DNA of 64,000 bases. It comes from Rhizodiscina lignyota. Its lineage: Eukaryota. Both the position numbers and the translations under genes were made by a program. The notes under the pieces are model-generated. The model was not told the DNA's origin. It saw only the letters and a list, made by a program, of their open reading frames with translations, and ran no database searches. Positions 49,469 through 61,893 of the stretch are shown here, piece after piece. The stretch spans positions 930,001-994,000 of the forward strand of contig ML978126.1 of the NCBI GenBank assembly GCA_010015805.1, in the 5' to 3' direction. Numbering within the stretch: the first letter of the stretch is position 1; each line of letters starts with the position of its first letter.

Positions 49469-49650
49469 GATTCTGAAGATGATGTGGTAGTTGTTCGGAT
49501 GAGACCTGGTTTGACGTAGAAGACGAAAGTCGCGCTCACGCGATTTGCAAGGATGTCGCGTTCACGTGCTAGCGCGTTTTGTTTGGCGTGTCACCGCCGA
49601 TTACAACCTCCCGCTTAATGTGTCGAGGAAAACTTGGTCAATACAGTTCA

Positions 49651-51242
49651 ATGGACGACCTCCTGCGGGCTCTTAAAGCTAGAGACATCGCCCTAACTCG
49701 GGATGATGTTCAATGGGCTTTTGACTCGCCACAAACCAAAGATGAAATCACGGCTTGGGTTCGCGAATATTTGAAGCCCGCTACCTTACTTAGCAAAGAT
49801 GAAGTGAAGCTGTACGTATATTATTCTCTCGGACAAGATACTGTTCAGAAGATTCGCTGCTCATAACTACCAGCCACGAAAACCTTCGCAGACAAGGGAT
49901 CCAACCCCTTACACCCGGAAGCCATGCAGTAAACGAGGATGATCTCTTGTCGGCCATTGAGAGCTTGGAAAGTTCGACCGCTGCGATTGAGAAACATCAA
50001 AAGGTGCTGGAGGGTCAAAAATCGGCCTTACAGCAGCTAATCGGTCGTAATTTTTCTCATGAGTCGGTTGAGACCGAACGGGACGAGCATCCTGGGCTAC
50101 CGGATGCTCACGAGTCCAGCCGACTCAAAGTTGCCGTCGAAGAGACCGTGGAATCAATCAACGAAGATGTTTCCACCACTTCAGATATGGTTACCTCTAC
50201 TGTCCGCTCTCTCGCAACATATGCATCGGAACGCCTTTCCTCAGACGATCAAACATTAGAAGCCATATCAAAGCTTGATCTGCAGAACTCTCAGGGGCCA
50301 CAGATGACAGACACTAAAATCATTGAGCAATGGTGTCGCTCACTCGTCTCTTTCCGTACGGCCGAAGTCAAAGCACGGATCGAGTCGATCTATAACAGCG
50401 CAGTTACAGAAGCGTCTGAAGGCGCCGTTGACACATCACTGGATTCAAATTCCCAGCAAGAGAAAGATGCCCTGCAGTCCGAGCTTCAGACGCTGCGAGA
50501 AGAGATTGCATCTGTTGCGGAAATGGTGGTTGAAAATGAGTTACGCAAGCCCGTCGTAACTTTCATTGAGCGGTCAGCGAGCGAACGAGTACGAGCACAA
50601 CGAGAGTGGCTTGACTATGTATTGTCATCGTTCAGATATATCATTGGACGACTGGACTGCTTGGAAGCTTGTGCATCTGATCTTAACGTATTTCATTCGG
50701 CGCTGCGTGAAATCAACGAAGCACTCGAGAGTAGTCAATCGGAGAACATTTCGGATGCTGTGGCCACACCGACGACCAGCCACAAAACTAGGCACACTTC
50801 TGCGTATTCTGAAGTCATTCGCGCCGGCCGTAAGGGCTCTGCAACCTTGGACGATGACGATATCCTACGATTACTCCGAAATCTCGATATCGATATACCT
50901 TCCAAGACGAACTCTACAGCGCACGCAATCGTCGCAAACAGTCTCGCATCGCGATCTACAAGATTACAGACACAGTTCACCGCAGCCGAGTTGTCCACAC
51001 TGCAGACGTTAGGCGAGTATCTGGAACATCAAGATGCCAATGCACAATCAGCGCTTAGCACATTGTATGCAAATACCGCGTACTGGACCAAGAGCCTCAG
51101 TAATCCTTTGTTGGGGGCCGAAATTGCTAGTTTGGAAGCAGCAATGAATGGCGTAGGCACATCCATTTCAAAAATTGAGGGCAATCAAGGGGATGTAGAA
51201 CCGGTTGGACTTAAAATTATGAGGAGAAAGTGGAATAGATAG
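49651..51242 (+). CDS. Coiled-coil protein, probable augmin/HAUS3-like subunit; intron 49812-49873
   Basis: N-terminal DDVQWAFD..ITAWVREYL..ATLLSKDE resembles the HAUS3 N-terminal domain; the remainder is long coiled-coil. The family call is tentative. Confidence 0.6.
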
Positions 51243-52777
51243 GCGGGCTTCAGTGAAGCTCAGAAAATGGAATTTGAAAATAATGATCTTTAAATGTGTC
51301 TTCGTTCTAGATTCGCTCTTCTCCAGCCTCGATGCAGTGCTTGAACATCTGGAAATACAAAGGCAGACTGTTCTTCCGTAAGGTCTACCCAGCTGTAATA
51401 ATGTGGCTTTGAGCAGAGATGGCGCTTGTTCTACGAACTAGACGCAGTCGCTCAAGCATTAGAACATTGTGTTATGGTTGTAGCTAAGGGTGTGCAGCGC
51501 TTCCGAGAGGCCTTGCACATCGTCATTATTGACTCCCGATGGCCAACAAACTCGTACTACGCCGCTTTCAAGCTATTTTCAATGCAAGCTTGCCATCTAT
51601 AGTCTATCCAATGACGGTGTTGCTGACATTTACCTTGAGGGTGCCATGTTTGTTGAATTGCTCTGGGTCCATAAGGTAATTCTCGTGTCATTTGGCGAAC
51701 GTTCTCATGAGATGATCATACTAGTGCTTCGTTGACCGAAGAGCTGGGAAGGGTTTGCGAGGTTCAACCTTCTGTGGCTTGATTTCGGCGTATGAAGGTT
51801 GATCTGTCCCATATCTGTGTGCTGGGTGTTGGCTTGTTGCATGTCCTGCCGAGAAGAACGCCGCATATCTGTGGCGCGTTTCGCACAAATTGGCGATCAG
51901 AATTTCGACATCGCCCTCAACGGATGGTACCAACAAGGCTACTCTTCTTTTTACAAGACCCGGCTGAGGGCGGGGGTGAAATCGTAACGCAAGAGCTGGG
52001 TGCCTGCACCTCTCGCGAGCGTCCGCAGGCAGCATGTTGGGACTCGACGGTACGACGCGCGTAGTGAGTCGTCCCCTTCCCGTACGTCCTCTGACTTAGA
52101 GGCGTTCAGCCATAATCCGGCATGTTGCAGATGAAAAGCTCGTAGTTGAACCTTGGAGTGGGCTGAATGGAACTTGGGACTTTGATGGTCAGAGATGAGA
52201 TGAGATACCTGACGTCGTTCTGTTCCTGTTTTGAGTCGGATGTGTGCGATGGAGAAAAATTAAGAGAAACGACAGAGGCCTTAAATGGTGGGGCGCGAGG
52301 GTCAAAGATCAATCTTAAAAGCCGCTTTACATTTGTAGTGAGCTCAAGTCTAGAAATCGAGCTGTCGTTGAGATTCGAAGACCGGTCAATGGTCCACCTG
52401 TTCCGGTAGGCCAAGATGTTTTTGATGACTGTTGAAGCTGAAAGCACATCTTAAAGAGGAAATCGGAATACAATCGAAGATAGATTACTTGGCGCGCAAT
52501 GCAAGAGTGGTAAACACGTCAATATTTACTCACGTCGGGCTGATACATACATCGAACTTGACATTTCGCAAACCAGGTCTATTCTAGAATCCAATCTTAG
52601 CCCATTTGCACAATCAATCGCGCTTCCTGCATTATATTTCAGTAACGCCGCGTGCCAGTCCATGCTGAGTAGAGTCATAATATCGATGCATGCTCTTGAT
52701 CCAAATCTATTCGAACGCCGAGTCGCCGCCATTGTGGAGTAAACGAGTCGATGATCCGATATCGGTTAGACAAAACC

Positions 52778-54272
52778 TCATCTTCTGGCTTCCATAGGTT
52801 CACGATAATCAACCTCCTCGGAGCCACTGCTCGTCTCTGACTCTGTCGCAACCCGTCCAATCGAGCCGACATCGGTTTCATCGTCGTCATCGAGATCCTT
52901 CTCCTTGTGTGTGGTGCCTTTTCGGAAGAAGTCTGTCGTCCTTATCCCTCGTACTTGCCTCGGATCTACTTCCCGAAGGCGGCCTCCCCGCGTCTGCCGA
53001 CTCTTGATGTATTCTCTCACAGGAAACATGGCAGCATCTCTGCACGCTTCCTTGATGTCACTGCCGCTCATGCCAGCGCTAACGCGAACAAGATAGTCGA
53101 GGTCGAAGTGTTCTCGGTCAACTTTCGTTCCACGAAGAATAAGCTTGAAGATGCGGCGGCGTTGGGAGGCGTTCGGTAATGAAACGGGGAACTTCTTGGG
53201 CATGCGCCGTAATATTGCTTCGTCGATGTCCTGAATGCGGTTTGTGGCGCCGAGAATACATATCCGCTGAGGAGTGCCCGAGGCATTTGTCGAAGCCAAG
53301 CCGTCCCAATGGGTCATGAATCTGCATGACTGTGTTAATAAAGTGTAATTCCATGCAAAGACTAAGAAGTAGCAAGCATCGTGGAGAAAGAAGAACATAC
53401 TCTGCCTTGACCATGCCGCTCGCCTCATGCTCTCCTGATCTCCTCGTTCCAAGAACAGCATCGATCTCATCGATGAAAACAATTGCAGGCTGCAACTTTC
53501 TCGCAAGAGAAAAGACAGCGCTGACGAGTTTGTTCGAGTCGCCATACCACTTCTCTGTCAAAGTGCTAATGTGTAGATTGATGAAGACGGCTCCGGATTC
53601 GTGCGCTAGCGCTTTCGCCAACATTGTCTTTCCACAACCAGGAGGACCGTACAGGAGAACACCAGAAGGCGCAGAGAGGAGGGCGGAGGAGTGTGCGTAG
53701 AGGTGAGGCATGGTGAGTGGATATATGACGGATTCTTTGAGCTCTTCGATAATGTCTTCCAAGCCACCAATATCTAAAAGAAGGCATTAGAATTCTGTGA
53801 TCCCACATCCACTCGCTCAGAAGCGATGGAAAACATACCTTCAAATGTGATGGGTATCTCGTTTGGCGCGACTACCTCCATCGCAATCGTCTGCTCGTAC
53901 GGCGTCAACTTCAACTCTCTCTTCGTCGGTCGATCGTCTCCAAACGACAGCGAGTCGTCGTCATCATCATCCTTCGTGCTCTCCTTGTTTGCTAGTATGC
54001 CATCAATCTTCCGTTTCGCATCATCCGCTTTCCTTTGGGCCTCGGCGCGCGCGGGTGCTTCGGTGTCCAGGCGAGAGAGGAGCGTGCGGACGACCCAATA
54101 TGCGAGTAGAGACTATATCCAATTAATATCTATGCTTGACAGCGACTTGGATACAGATTCAGAGGGTTGATGGTCGAAAATGCACGGCGTCATTGGTGTA
54201 ACGTACAGTTGAGGCGGCAAAGACCACTTCGGTCAACAGCTGGCGAATGCGGTTGGAAGTGGTCGACGACAT
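52778..54272 (-). CDS. MSP1: Mitochondrial/peroxisomal membrane AAA+ ATPase Msp1/ATAD1 (multi-exon)
   Basis: N-terminal [72 protein letters not shown]...RRMPK. Confidence 0.95.
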
Positions 54273-54553
54273 TTTGTCGATCTAATATCCTGCGTGCAGG
54301 TAGATGTATGAGCGAAGAACCAGTGAATGCAATCTGATTAATATAGATTGAGCATTTCGAATTTGTACACCCGGAGTTTGTGAAGTTGTGATGTTTGCGG
54401 AGGTTGGTCGGGTGCGATTAGACGTGGCGGCACGAGAAAGCCACATGCCACGCCACCGCAGAGCTAGCTGCACCCAAGCTCGATGTGGGGAAGCTGGTGT
54501 TGTCCGTTCTACACGATCACTCTACACTTCCGTGGACGGACGACTCATTCACA

Positions 54554-55345
54554 ATGACTCTGTTATTGCGGCCGCGTGCAAGCCTCTCATTAGTACTGCC
54601 TTCGACGTGCTTATGCAGAGTTAATCTTCGTAATGGAGCTCTATCAGACATTGCCGCGAGCCGACAGTATGCAACCCAAAGCTCATTAGGAGGAAATCCC
54701 AAGAACTCGTCAGGCAGAAGACAGGTCACAATCGCCAGTGATGATGGTCGAATAAATTGGAATGAGCTGAGTACGAGAGAGAAAGCTGCTAGAACGACGC
54801 AGCAGAGCTTCAATTTATTCGTCATTCTTGCGGGTGTGATCATGACGGTAAGTTTTCTTGAATTTGCACCGCTTTATTATGTATCAAGGTGACGGCTGGT
54901 TAATTTTCAATTTCTTCAGGGCGGGGTCGCGACATATCTCTACCTAGACGTCTTCAGCGGCTCCTCCAAGACCGCACACTTCAACCGCACCGTCTCACGC
55001 ATCATCTCCGACCCGCAGTGTCTCGAAGTCCTCGGCGACCGTAAATCCATCCGCGCATACGGCGAACCAACCTGGAACCGGTGGACGCGAAACCGCGCTA
55101 TTGCGTCCAAGCTGGAGAGAGACAAGATTGGGACAGACCATTTCCACATGCACTTCTATGTCGAGGGGTCTCTGAACAAAGGCACGGTTAATTTGCATAT
55201 GAGCAAGAGAGCGGACGAGGCAGAGTGGAAGTATGAAGTGCTGGCGCTGGATGTGCCGGGACGAGAGCGGATATACTTGGAGAAGGCGGCGACAGCGCAG
55301 GACTTAAAGGGCTCAGGGAAGATGTTTGGCGTTCGGTGGTGGTAA
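54554..55345 (+). CDS. TIM21: Mitochondrial import inner membrane translocase subunit Tim21; intron 54848-54919
   Basis: Basic presequence; DDGRINWNELSTREKAARTTQQSFN, TM helix, IRAYGEPTWNRWTRNR, HFHMHFYVEG, LALDVPG..RIYLE. Confidence 0.9.
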
Positions 55346-56063
55346 TTGAAGGGTCGTCTTTCGACGAATATCATTTGAAGATTTACCCATCTTCAATGAG
55401 AGGTGGGGTTTATTGCTAGGCCTAGCCGCAGCTTTATTTTCCCAGTTGTGGGCCAACCCCAAAGAGACGCACGGCAAGGAGGCGGAATGGACATATTCTG
55501 CGCAACCGTTGGCCAGTTGCGGCTGGAATGGAGTATCATGATGATTCAGAGATATCTCCGCCATGACGGTACCGAGTAGTGCGGGGAACTCTTCTGGTAG
55601 AGGCAAGTCGAATCTGTGTCCCAAAATTGCTTCCCACCTCGAGGATGCTTTGTTTACAAGAGGGTCGGCTGGACGTCGAACAAGTCTTGTCTTTCGGCTT
55701 CGGCGAGAGTGTCGCTGAAAGCTCAGTACGGTATGCTTTGGCCGGAGGTTGTTCTGGTTGCACAGCTTTCATACACATAATTTATCTTTACTGAAGCTGC
55801 TGTGCATTTCGAGCTCGACGCATTACAGTCAAATGCTCAAATACTTTTGATCACCCTGGAGAATGGGGAGCCACACAAGATGGGCAACAGTCAGTATGGC
55901 GATATTGACATATTGTATTTGGAAAGATGCAGCAGTCTTTTGATTTGACTTTCCTGGTTGCTCGAGAAACAAGTCACAATGTATGCCAAAGTGTCCAAAA
56001 CTCCATGAATCGCTCTCCATCATACTACGCCACCTCGGTGAATCAGATGCGCTCTCGTAATTT

Positions 56064-57840
56064 TTACTCCTCTCCGATAAGAGTCTGTCCCTCGCGCAGG
56101 CCCTCAACAACCAGCTCGTGGCCCTCAGCACGCCTGTAGATGTCTCGGATGTCGTCAGTAGTCGTCTCAAAGTGGCTCGTCGCGTCATAGCTCTTGCTGA
56201 TGAAAATGCCGTCGTTGACGCCGCTCTCGAGCGGCTCGTACAACGGGATTGGGGGGCCCATGAACTTCTCTTCGATGCGGCCGAGGCGGTCGAAGCCGGG
56301 TTGAAGCTCCATGTGGTGGTTGCTGTCGCCTTCCGCGATGGTGCTGAGAATGGCGATGTAGTAGCCCTTTGGACAGACATTGTGGGCTGATGATACCACA
56401 GCGATATAGATATCTAAACAATTCAATCAGCAAACATAATTCTTCAGAGGACGAAAAGTTGACGGTTCGCTTACCATGTTTCCGGCCAACTTGCGATTGC
56501 GGAATGATCAGCTGCAACGAATCGCTGTTGTCTGTGCGATCGACGGGATGGTTCAAGATGCAAATCGCCTTCAGCAGATGCCCGACCACTTGCGCCTTTC
56601 CAGAGAAGTAGCTCGGATCTGCCAAAATCTTCTTGCACTTGGTCTCGAACTTCATGCCGTCGCCCTCCTCGGTCTTATCCTTCATCGTCGCCTTGATACC
56701 GCTGACCTTGCCGTTCTCGTACAGAACTTCATCGACATCGGTGTTCAGCATGTACGTTCCGCCGTAGATGGCTGAGAGGCGAGCGAAACCCTGCGGCAGC
56801 TCGCCGAGGCCGTACAGCGGATAGATGTATGGAGACTTGCCGTAGCGCGCCATGCTGTTAACGTACAGTCGAATACGAGCGACGGCGTCCTGCGCCATGC
56901 CTACGGAATTGATATAGTCATCGGTCTGGTAGAGCGCCATGCTGTGGCCGATGAAGTCGCGAGTTGTGGCCTCGAGACCGAACTTGTCGTAGACATCCTT
57001 CATGGTTGCACTGTGGAGATTCAGGCCTACATAACTTTTGTTAATAATCATATCGTTCTTGTCTTGTAGTACGATAGGTCTCCGCTACCGCGCTATTGGC
57101 ACTGCACGTACCATTATGTGTAGCAGGATCCTCCTCCTTAAAGGCTCCCACCCACTCCAAGAACTTCTTCGCCCTCCTCTTCTCGAACAGCCCCATAAGC
57201 GGACTCCTCAGTGCTTCGGTTGCATCACTCGGTACCTTGGCCACCGTCGCCCTCGCACCACTTCCTTGTTGTACATAGCTTCCTGCAATCTGCTTGAACT
57301 CGAGGTAGCGCGTGACATCGGTGGAGACGAGGATATTCGTGAGTTCGCCATTTGACATGAGGAGCTTTGGGACGAGGTCGATGTTCCAATCGTTGGGCCG
57401 GCCGTACTTCTTCCACGGCTCTTCGCCAGGTTGGTAATTTTGGTACTTCTTGAAGAGCTGGAGAGTGTAAGCAGTTTGAAGAGCGAAAGCCGTGCATATG
57501 GCATACCGATTCAATATTCACGGAGGCAGCTTCTCTATACAGACGTCATTAGTTTACCTCCCACGGATTGATCAAGAGTGCAAAGGCCCTTACCCGCCAT
57601 AGTGGTCATTGCGGTCGATGTGCAAGACTTTCTTGCCCTTGACGCTCATCACTCTGCGTCATTGTTAGCTGCAGCTCTCCACAAAGCGCGCTCAAGTCTT
57701 GTGCCTACCCAGAGAGCACGCATTCTGTGAGACCTAAAGCTCAAAATCAGCCACACAAGCTCTATCGCGGGGTACCTGCAGCAGGAGTAAATACCCGTTC
57801 CCATAACCACGACATCGTACTCGGGTGCGACTTCTTCCAT
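56064..57840 (-). CDS. GDI1: Rab GDP-dissociation inhibitor (multi-exon)
   Basis: YDVVVMGTGLTECVLSG, KKVLHIDRNDHYGG, DWNIDLVPK, SPYIYPLYGLGELPQGFARLSAIYGGTYML, SYDATSHFETT. Confidence 0.97.
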
Positions 57841-58094
57841 GGTGGATAATGCAAAATATTGGGAGCTCTAGCAGGTTGTGGAGGAAGTTGGCGGGTAGAG
57901 GTAGTGCAGGATGTGGATTGTGTATTTTGGGCAAGTTGCGGTGATGAAGGTGAAGCTTAGCCTGACGTGTGAGTGGGCTGTCTCAACACCCCCTGTAAGG
58001 AACACGCGCATAACGTCGGACATGAAGGAACAGCAATCCCGGCTCGTTCTGGCGTCTTTTATATTTACAAGTAACTATACAGAAAGGCAGGGGT

Positions 58095-59184
58095 TTAAAC
58101 ATTCGTAAGAGGCTTCGTCTCCTTCGGATTGGCCTGAGCGCCACTGAAACCGGTTGGCCTCTGCTGCTCTTCCCGAGCTTCAGATTGCCCTTGAATATTT
58201 CTTTGCATATTGCCATCCTTATCCTGTAATACGGGACCATCGTGCTCCATTTCCTCCGCTTCGTCTTCTCCATACTCATCGTCCTAGGCTTAATCAGAAT
58301 CTGGAACAACAAGATGAAGGGTGGCATTTACCTCAATTATCCTAGGCTCGTGAACCAACTGGCCGACCCTTCGTAAAATGTCCGGGTCCTCTTTAGCTAG
58401 TCGTTTGGCCTCTTGATATCCATTCCAGCGCTCGATTAACGTTGCTCGAATGCAGTGCATTGTCTCGATAACCTATGAAGCCATACATTAGAGGACGTGT
58501 ATCAACCAGCAACGTCTTCACCAAAAGTAACATTGGCTTAAAGATGAAATCCAAACAAACTAACCGTCTTATCTCTCCCGTTCGCTTCGTATTCGCCATA
58601 GCCAGGTTTGAGTCTCAGTCGTTCCGCATGCTCTGTGGCCAATCTGTTCCTCTCCTTCACACATACCCACCACAGCATGTGTAAATCGTCAAAGCTCTTG
58701 TGCCGCAGCTCTTCAATAGTCCATGCTCGCCCTGTGTCCATATTGATTAGATTGATCCGCTGAGACGGTTGTATTGTTTACAGAGCATACCGTGTGCCAG
58801 GTCTTGCTCTGGTGTAGAAAACGGTTGCTTGCTCTTGCCAAAGAAGCCCCATAGCCCATGATCTGGGTCTGATTCATACTTTGTGCCCTCCTCTCTATCG
58901 AGAACTGGTTCTGGTATAGGCAGGTTCCGGACGGAAAGAGTTTGACGGGGACGTAACCCAGTCCCTCGTAACGCAGAAAGCCCACGGAGGGGGTTGTTAT
59001 CGTTTCGTGGGCGTTTTTTTCGCTTCTGTAGGGATGCCGTCGTGGAGAATTGGGCATGAGCGGTAATCGCCCCAGGAGTAGGTATCGGAAGATGGAAGGA
59101 TGGAAGGGGATGAGGCAAGAGACCCGTCGAGTTGTTGGTGGAGCATGCTCTGCAGAGCCTCTGACTTCTTGCAAAGCCAGACAT
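58095..59184 (-). CDS. MRPL4: Mitochondrial ribosomal protein uL29m (MRPL4/MRP-L47), 4 exons
   Basis: [68 protein letters not shown]. Confidence 0.93.
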
Positions 59185-59465
59185 GTTACAATGGAAACAA
59201 TTTACATGGTATGGAGTGGAACTGGTAGGATCAACTTCGTGCATGGAAATTCTGCGCTACGACGTACAGCAGAGCCGCACCTTATTTTCGCGTTCGCGCT
59301 AAATCGACAGGGGTGCGGACTTCAAGTGAATCGACAAGGCGTGGGGCACGCGCTTCACTCAGCTTCACGTCCGACTCTTCACTCGAACCATCCTACCAAA
59401 CTCTCATACGCCTTAATTCGAAACGACCAAGAGCGCTCCGCATCTACGAGCGGTCCATTGACACC

Positions 59466-61893
59466 ATGCAACGACCTGGTGAGTAGCACTTCCCTACATC
59501 CACCCATTGGAGGCACAGCAAGAGCACATGGGAATAACGGCTGGCACGTCGATACCACCCTTCAGGCAGCACTAAGCATCCGTTATAAAGAGCTAGGTGG
59601 CAATAATCTCATGTATGCTTGTGGATGTCAGAAGAGAGACTGACAAGATGCCCTCTCCTGCGCGTGAGGCTGAACACGTCGTGTGAAACGCTGTCTTTCA
59701 ATTTGCGCAATCCCCATCTGAATCAGATCTACACTTTCATGTCTCTGACATCTATACCACTTCAGGTCCCGGACCGCAACCCCTTCGTAACCTCCCTGGG
59801 AACGTCTTTGGCGGCCAACAACAAAATACTGCAAACCGAGGCACACCACTAGGCACAGGAAGGTTACAAAATGGGAAATTAGGTAGGTCACGTAAAACTG
59901 CGCTTGCCACGCTAAGGCAACACTACGGCAGCTATTGTTGACTAAGTGATCTCATTGTGAAGGTGCCAACGCAGGCTGGGGTTTCAGCATGCCGATGGGC
60001 AACACACAAGGCCTCGCCAATACGCAATCACGCGGAGGTCTGGCAAGTTTCGCGCAAACTATTGGCGGGGGCCAAAACCAGGCACCCCTCGATCTCTCGT
60101 GAGTATTTACCTTTGTTAACAATTTTGTGCCCACCTTTGTCTTTACACTCTTCTGCACACTTCTTGCTCCCCAGCGCTCTACAACATGGCGAAGAAAAAG
60201 AATCGCAAATACGTTCCCTTCGATCAGTTTGAGGCTGCCGGAGGTGCAGCTGGTGCAGCTGGTTCGGCGCATCAAGATCAGCCACAACCTCAACCCCCAG
60301 AGGTTGGCTTGGATGCCGAGGTTGCTGAGCGTGTTGAGCCTGTCGAGCACGTCGAGCCTCCTGATCGTGCTGCCGACCCTGCCGAACACGCTGAGCATCC
60401 ATCGGAAGTGCGGTATTGCCTCCTACCGATTGGCTACTTTAGAGCAATTCCTCAAAAGCCTCTTCTCCTGTTTTCCGCCTTCCTCCCACGTGACACGCAT
60501 GAACGGTATGCATTTACGCCTCATTTGAAGATACTAACTTTACCTCCCCTCTCGCAGCGAATTTCCTTCTCTCTCGGGCGCGCCTCAGCAACAACAGCAG
60601 CCAAACGCGCAAGCTCAATCTCTCTGGGCAAATCCCAGCATCCGCGCTACGCAGCACACTCCCGTGCAGCGCCCACCGCAGTCTCAGAACGGTCCGCAGA
60701 ATACCCAACAGCAAGGTCAGCAGGGTGCACAGCATCAACCGCAAGAAGAAGTTCCGCCATTCGGACAAGGCTCCGCAGACGACTATCACTTCGGCGGACA
60801 AGGCGGAGTCGGTCAGCTCTCAGGCATGGGTCAACCACAGACTGGCAATATCGAGGAATTCCCACCACTTGGCGGACTTGGAAATGGCGGCGAGGCTGGT
60901 CAAGATCGTAGAACTGGCATGATCCAGAACGCGGCATTTGGAGGTGGCGGTGGTGGTCAAGCAGGGCGTTTTGGTGGCAACATCACTCAGGTGCGCACAG
61001 GATTGACGAGTCCCGACGGACAGCAAGAGCGAGGACCGATGCGCTTGGGTGGCCAGCGCCTGCCGAGCGAAGAAGCTGGTCGAAGTGGAGTTCCGCCGTC
61101 AAGCCGTACTGCCTTTCTGGGCCAGCAACAGCCAATCGGCCAACCGATTTCTCAAGAGCAAGGTTTCAGCGGCGAGGTGCATGAGCCTGAGCAACCACCT
61201 CAGCAGAGTGGTCAGCAGAGCGGCCAGCAGCGTCTTACGGATATGTCCGAGTTTGATCGATGGGGTCTCAAAGGCTTGCTGGCGATGATCCCAAGTGACA
61301 GCCCAGACCATAGCTCCCTCGCTGTCGGCCAAGACTTGACCGTCCTTGGACTGGATCTCAACAGACCTGACAACTCTCCACTCTATCCGACATTCGGTGT
61401 CCCTTTCGGTGATCACAGCAACGGTGCCAACGGCATGCCTCGCCCGGTCATTCCCGACTACACGCTTCCTCCCTCGTACGCGGTCACGAACGTGCCGCCC
61501 TTGAACAGCAAGATGCCGAACTTCCATGATGAGACCTTGTTCTACATCTTTTACCAGTATCCGCGCGACATCATCCAAGAGTATGCGGCGGCGGAGCTAT
61601 ACGGTCGGGACTGGCGTTGGCACAAGGTGCTGAAGCAGTGGATGATGAAGGATATGCAGTACGGTGCACCTCACCAGATCAACAGCAAGCAGGAGAAGGG
61701 CTACTACATCTTCTTCGATGTGATGAACTGGCGCCGTGAGAGAGTGAGTCTATCCTTGTGTTTGATCGTTCCATGGGCTGTTGAGGTCAGGGACTAACTC
61801 GTATTGTTTTTGCAGCGCGACTTCCTTCTCCACTACGACGATCTGGATCAGCGTCATGGTTCGTCTGTGCAACTAGGCCCGCCCACTCTCTAA
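59466..61893 (+). CDS. NOT2: CCR4-NOT subunit Not2 (NOT2/3/5 box); exons 59466-59478, 59766-59882, 59963-60098, 60558-61743, 61816-61893
   Basis: DRWGLKGLL, LAVGQDLTVLGLDLN, LYPTF, FHDETLFYIFYQYPRD, AAAELYGRDWRWHK, GYYIFFD..NWRRER. Upstream exons splice in phase to give PLDLS|EFPSLS. Confidence 0.92.
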
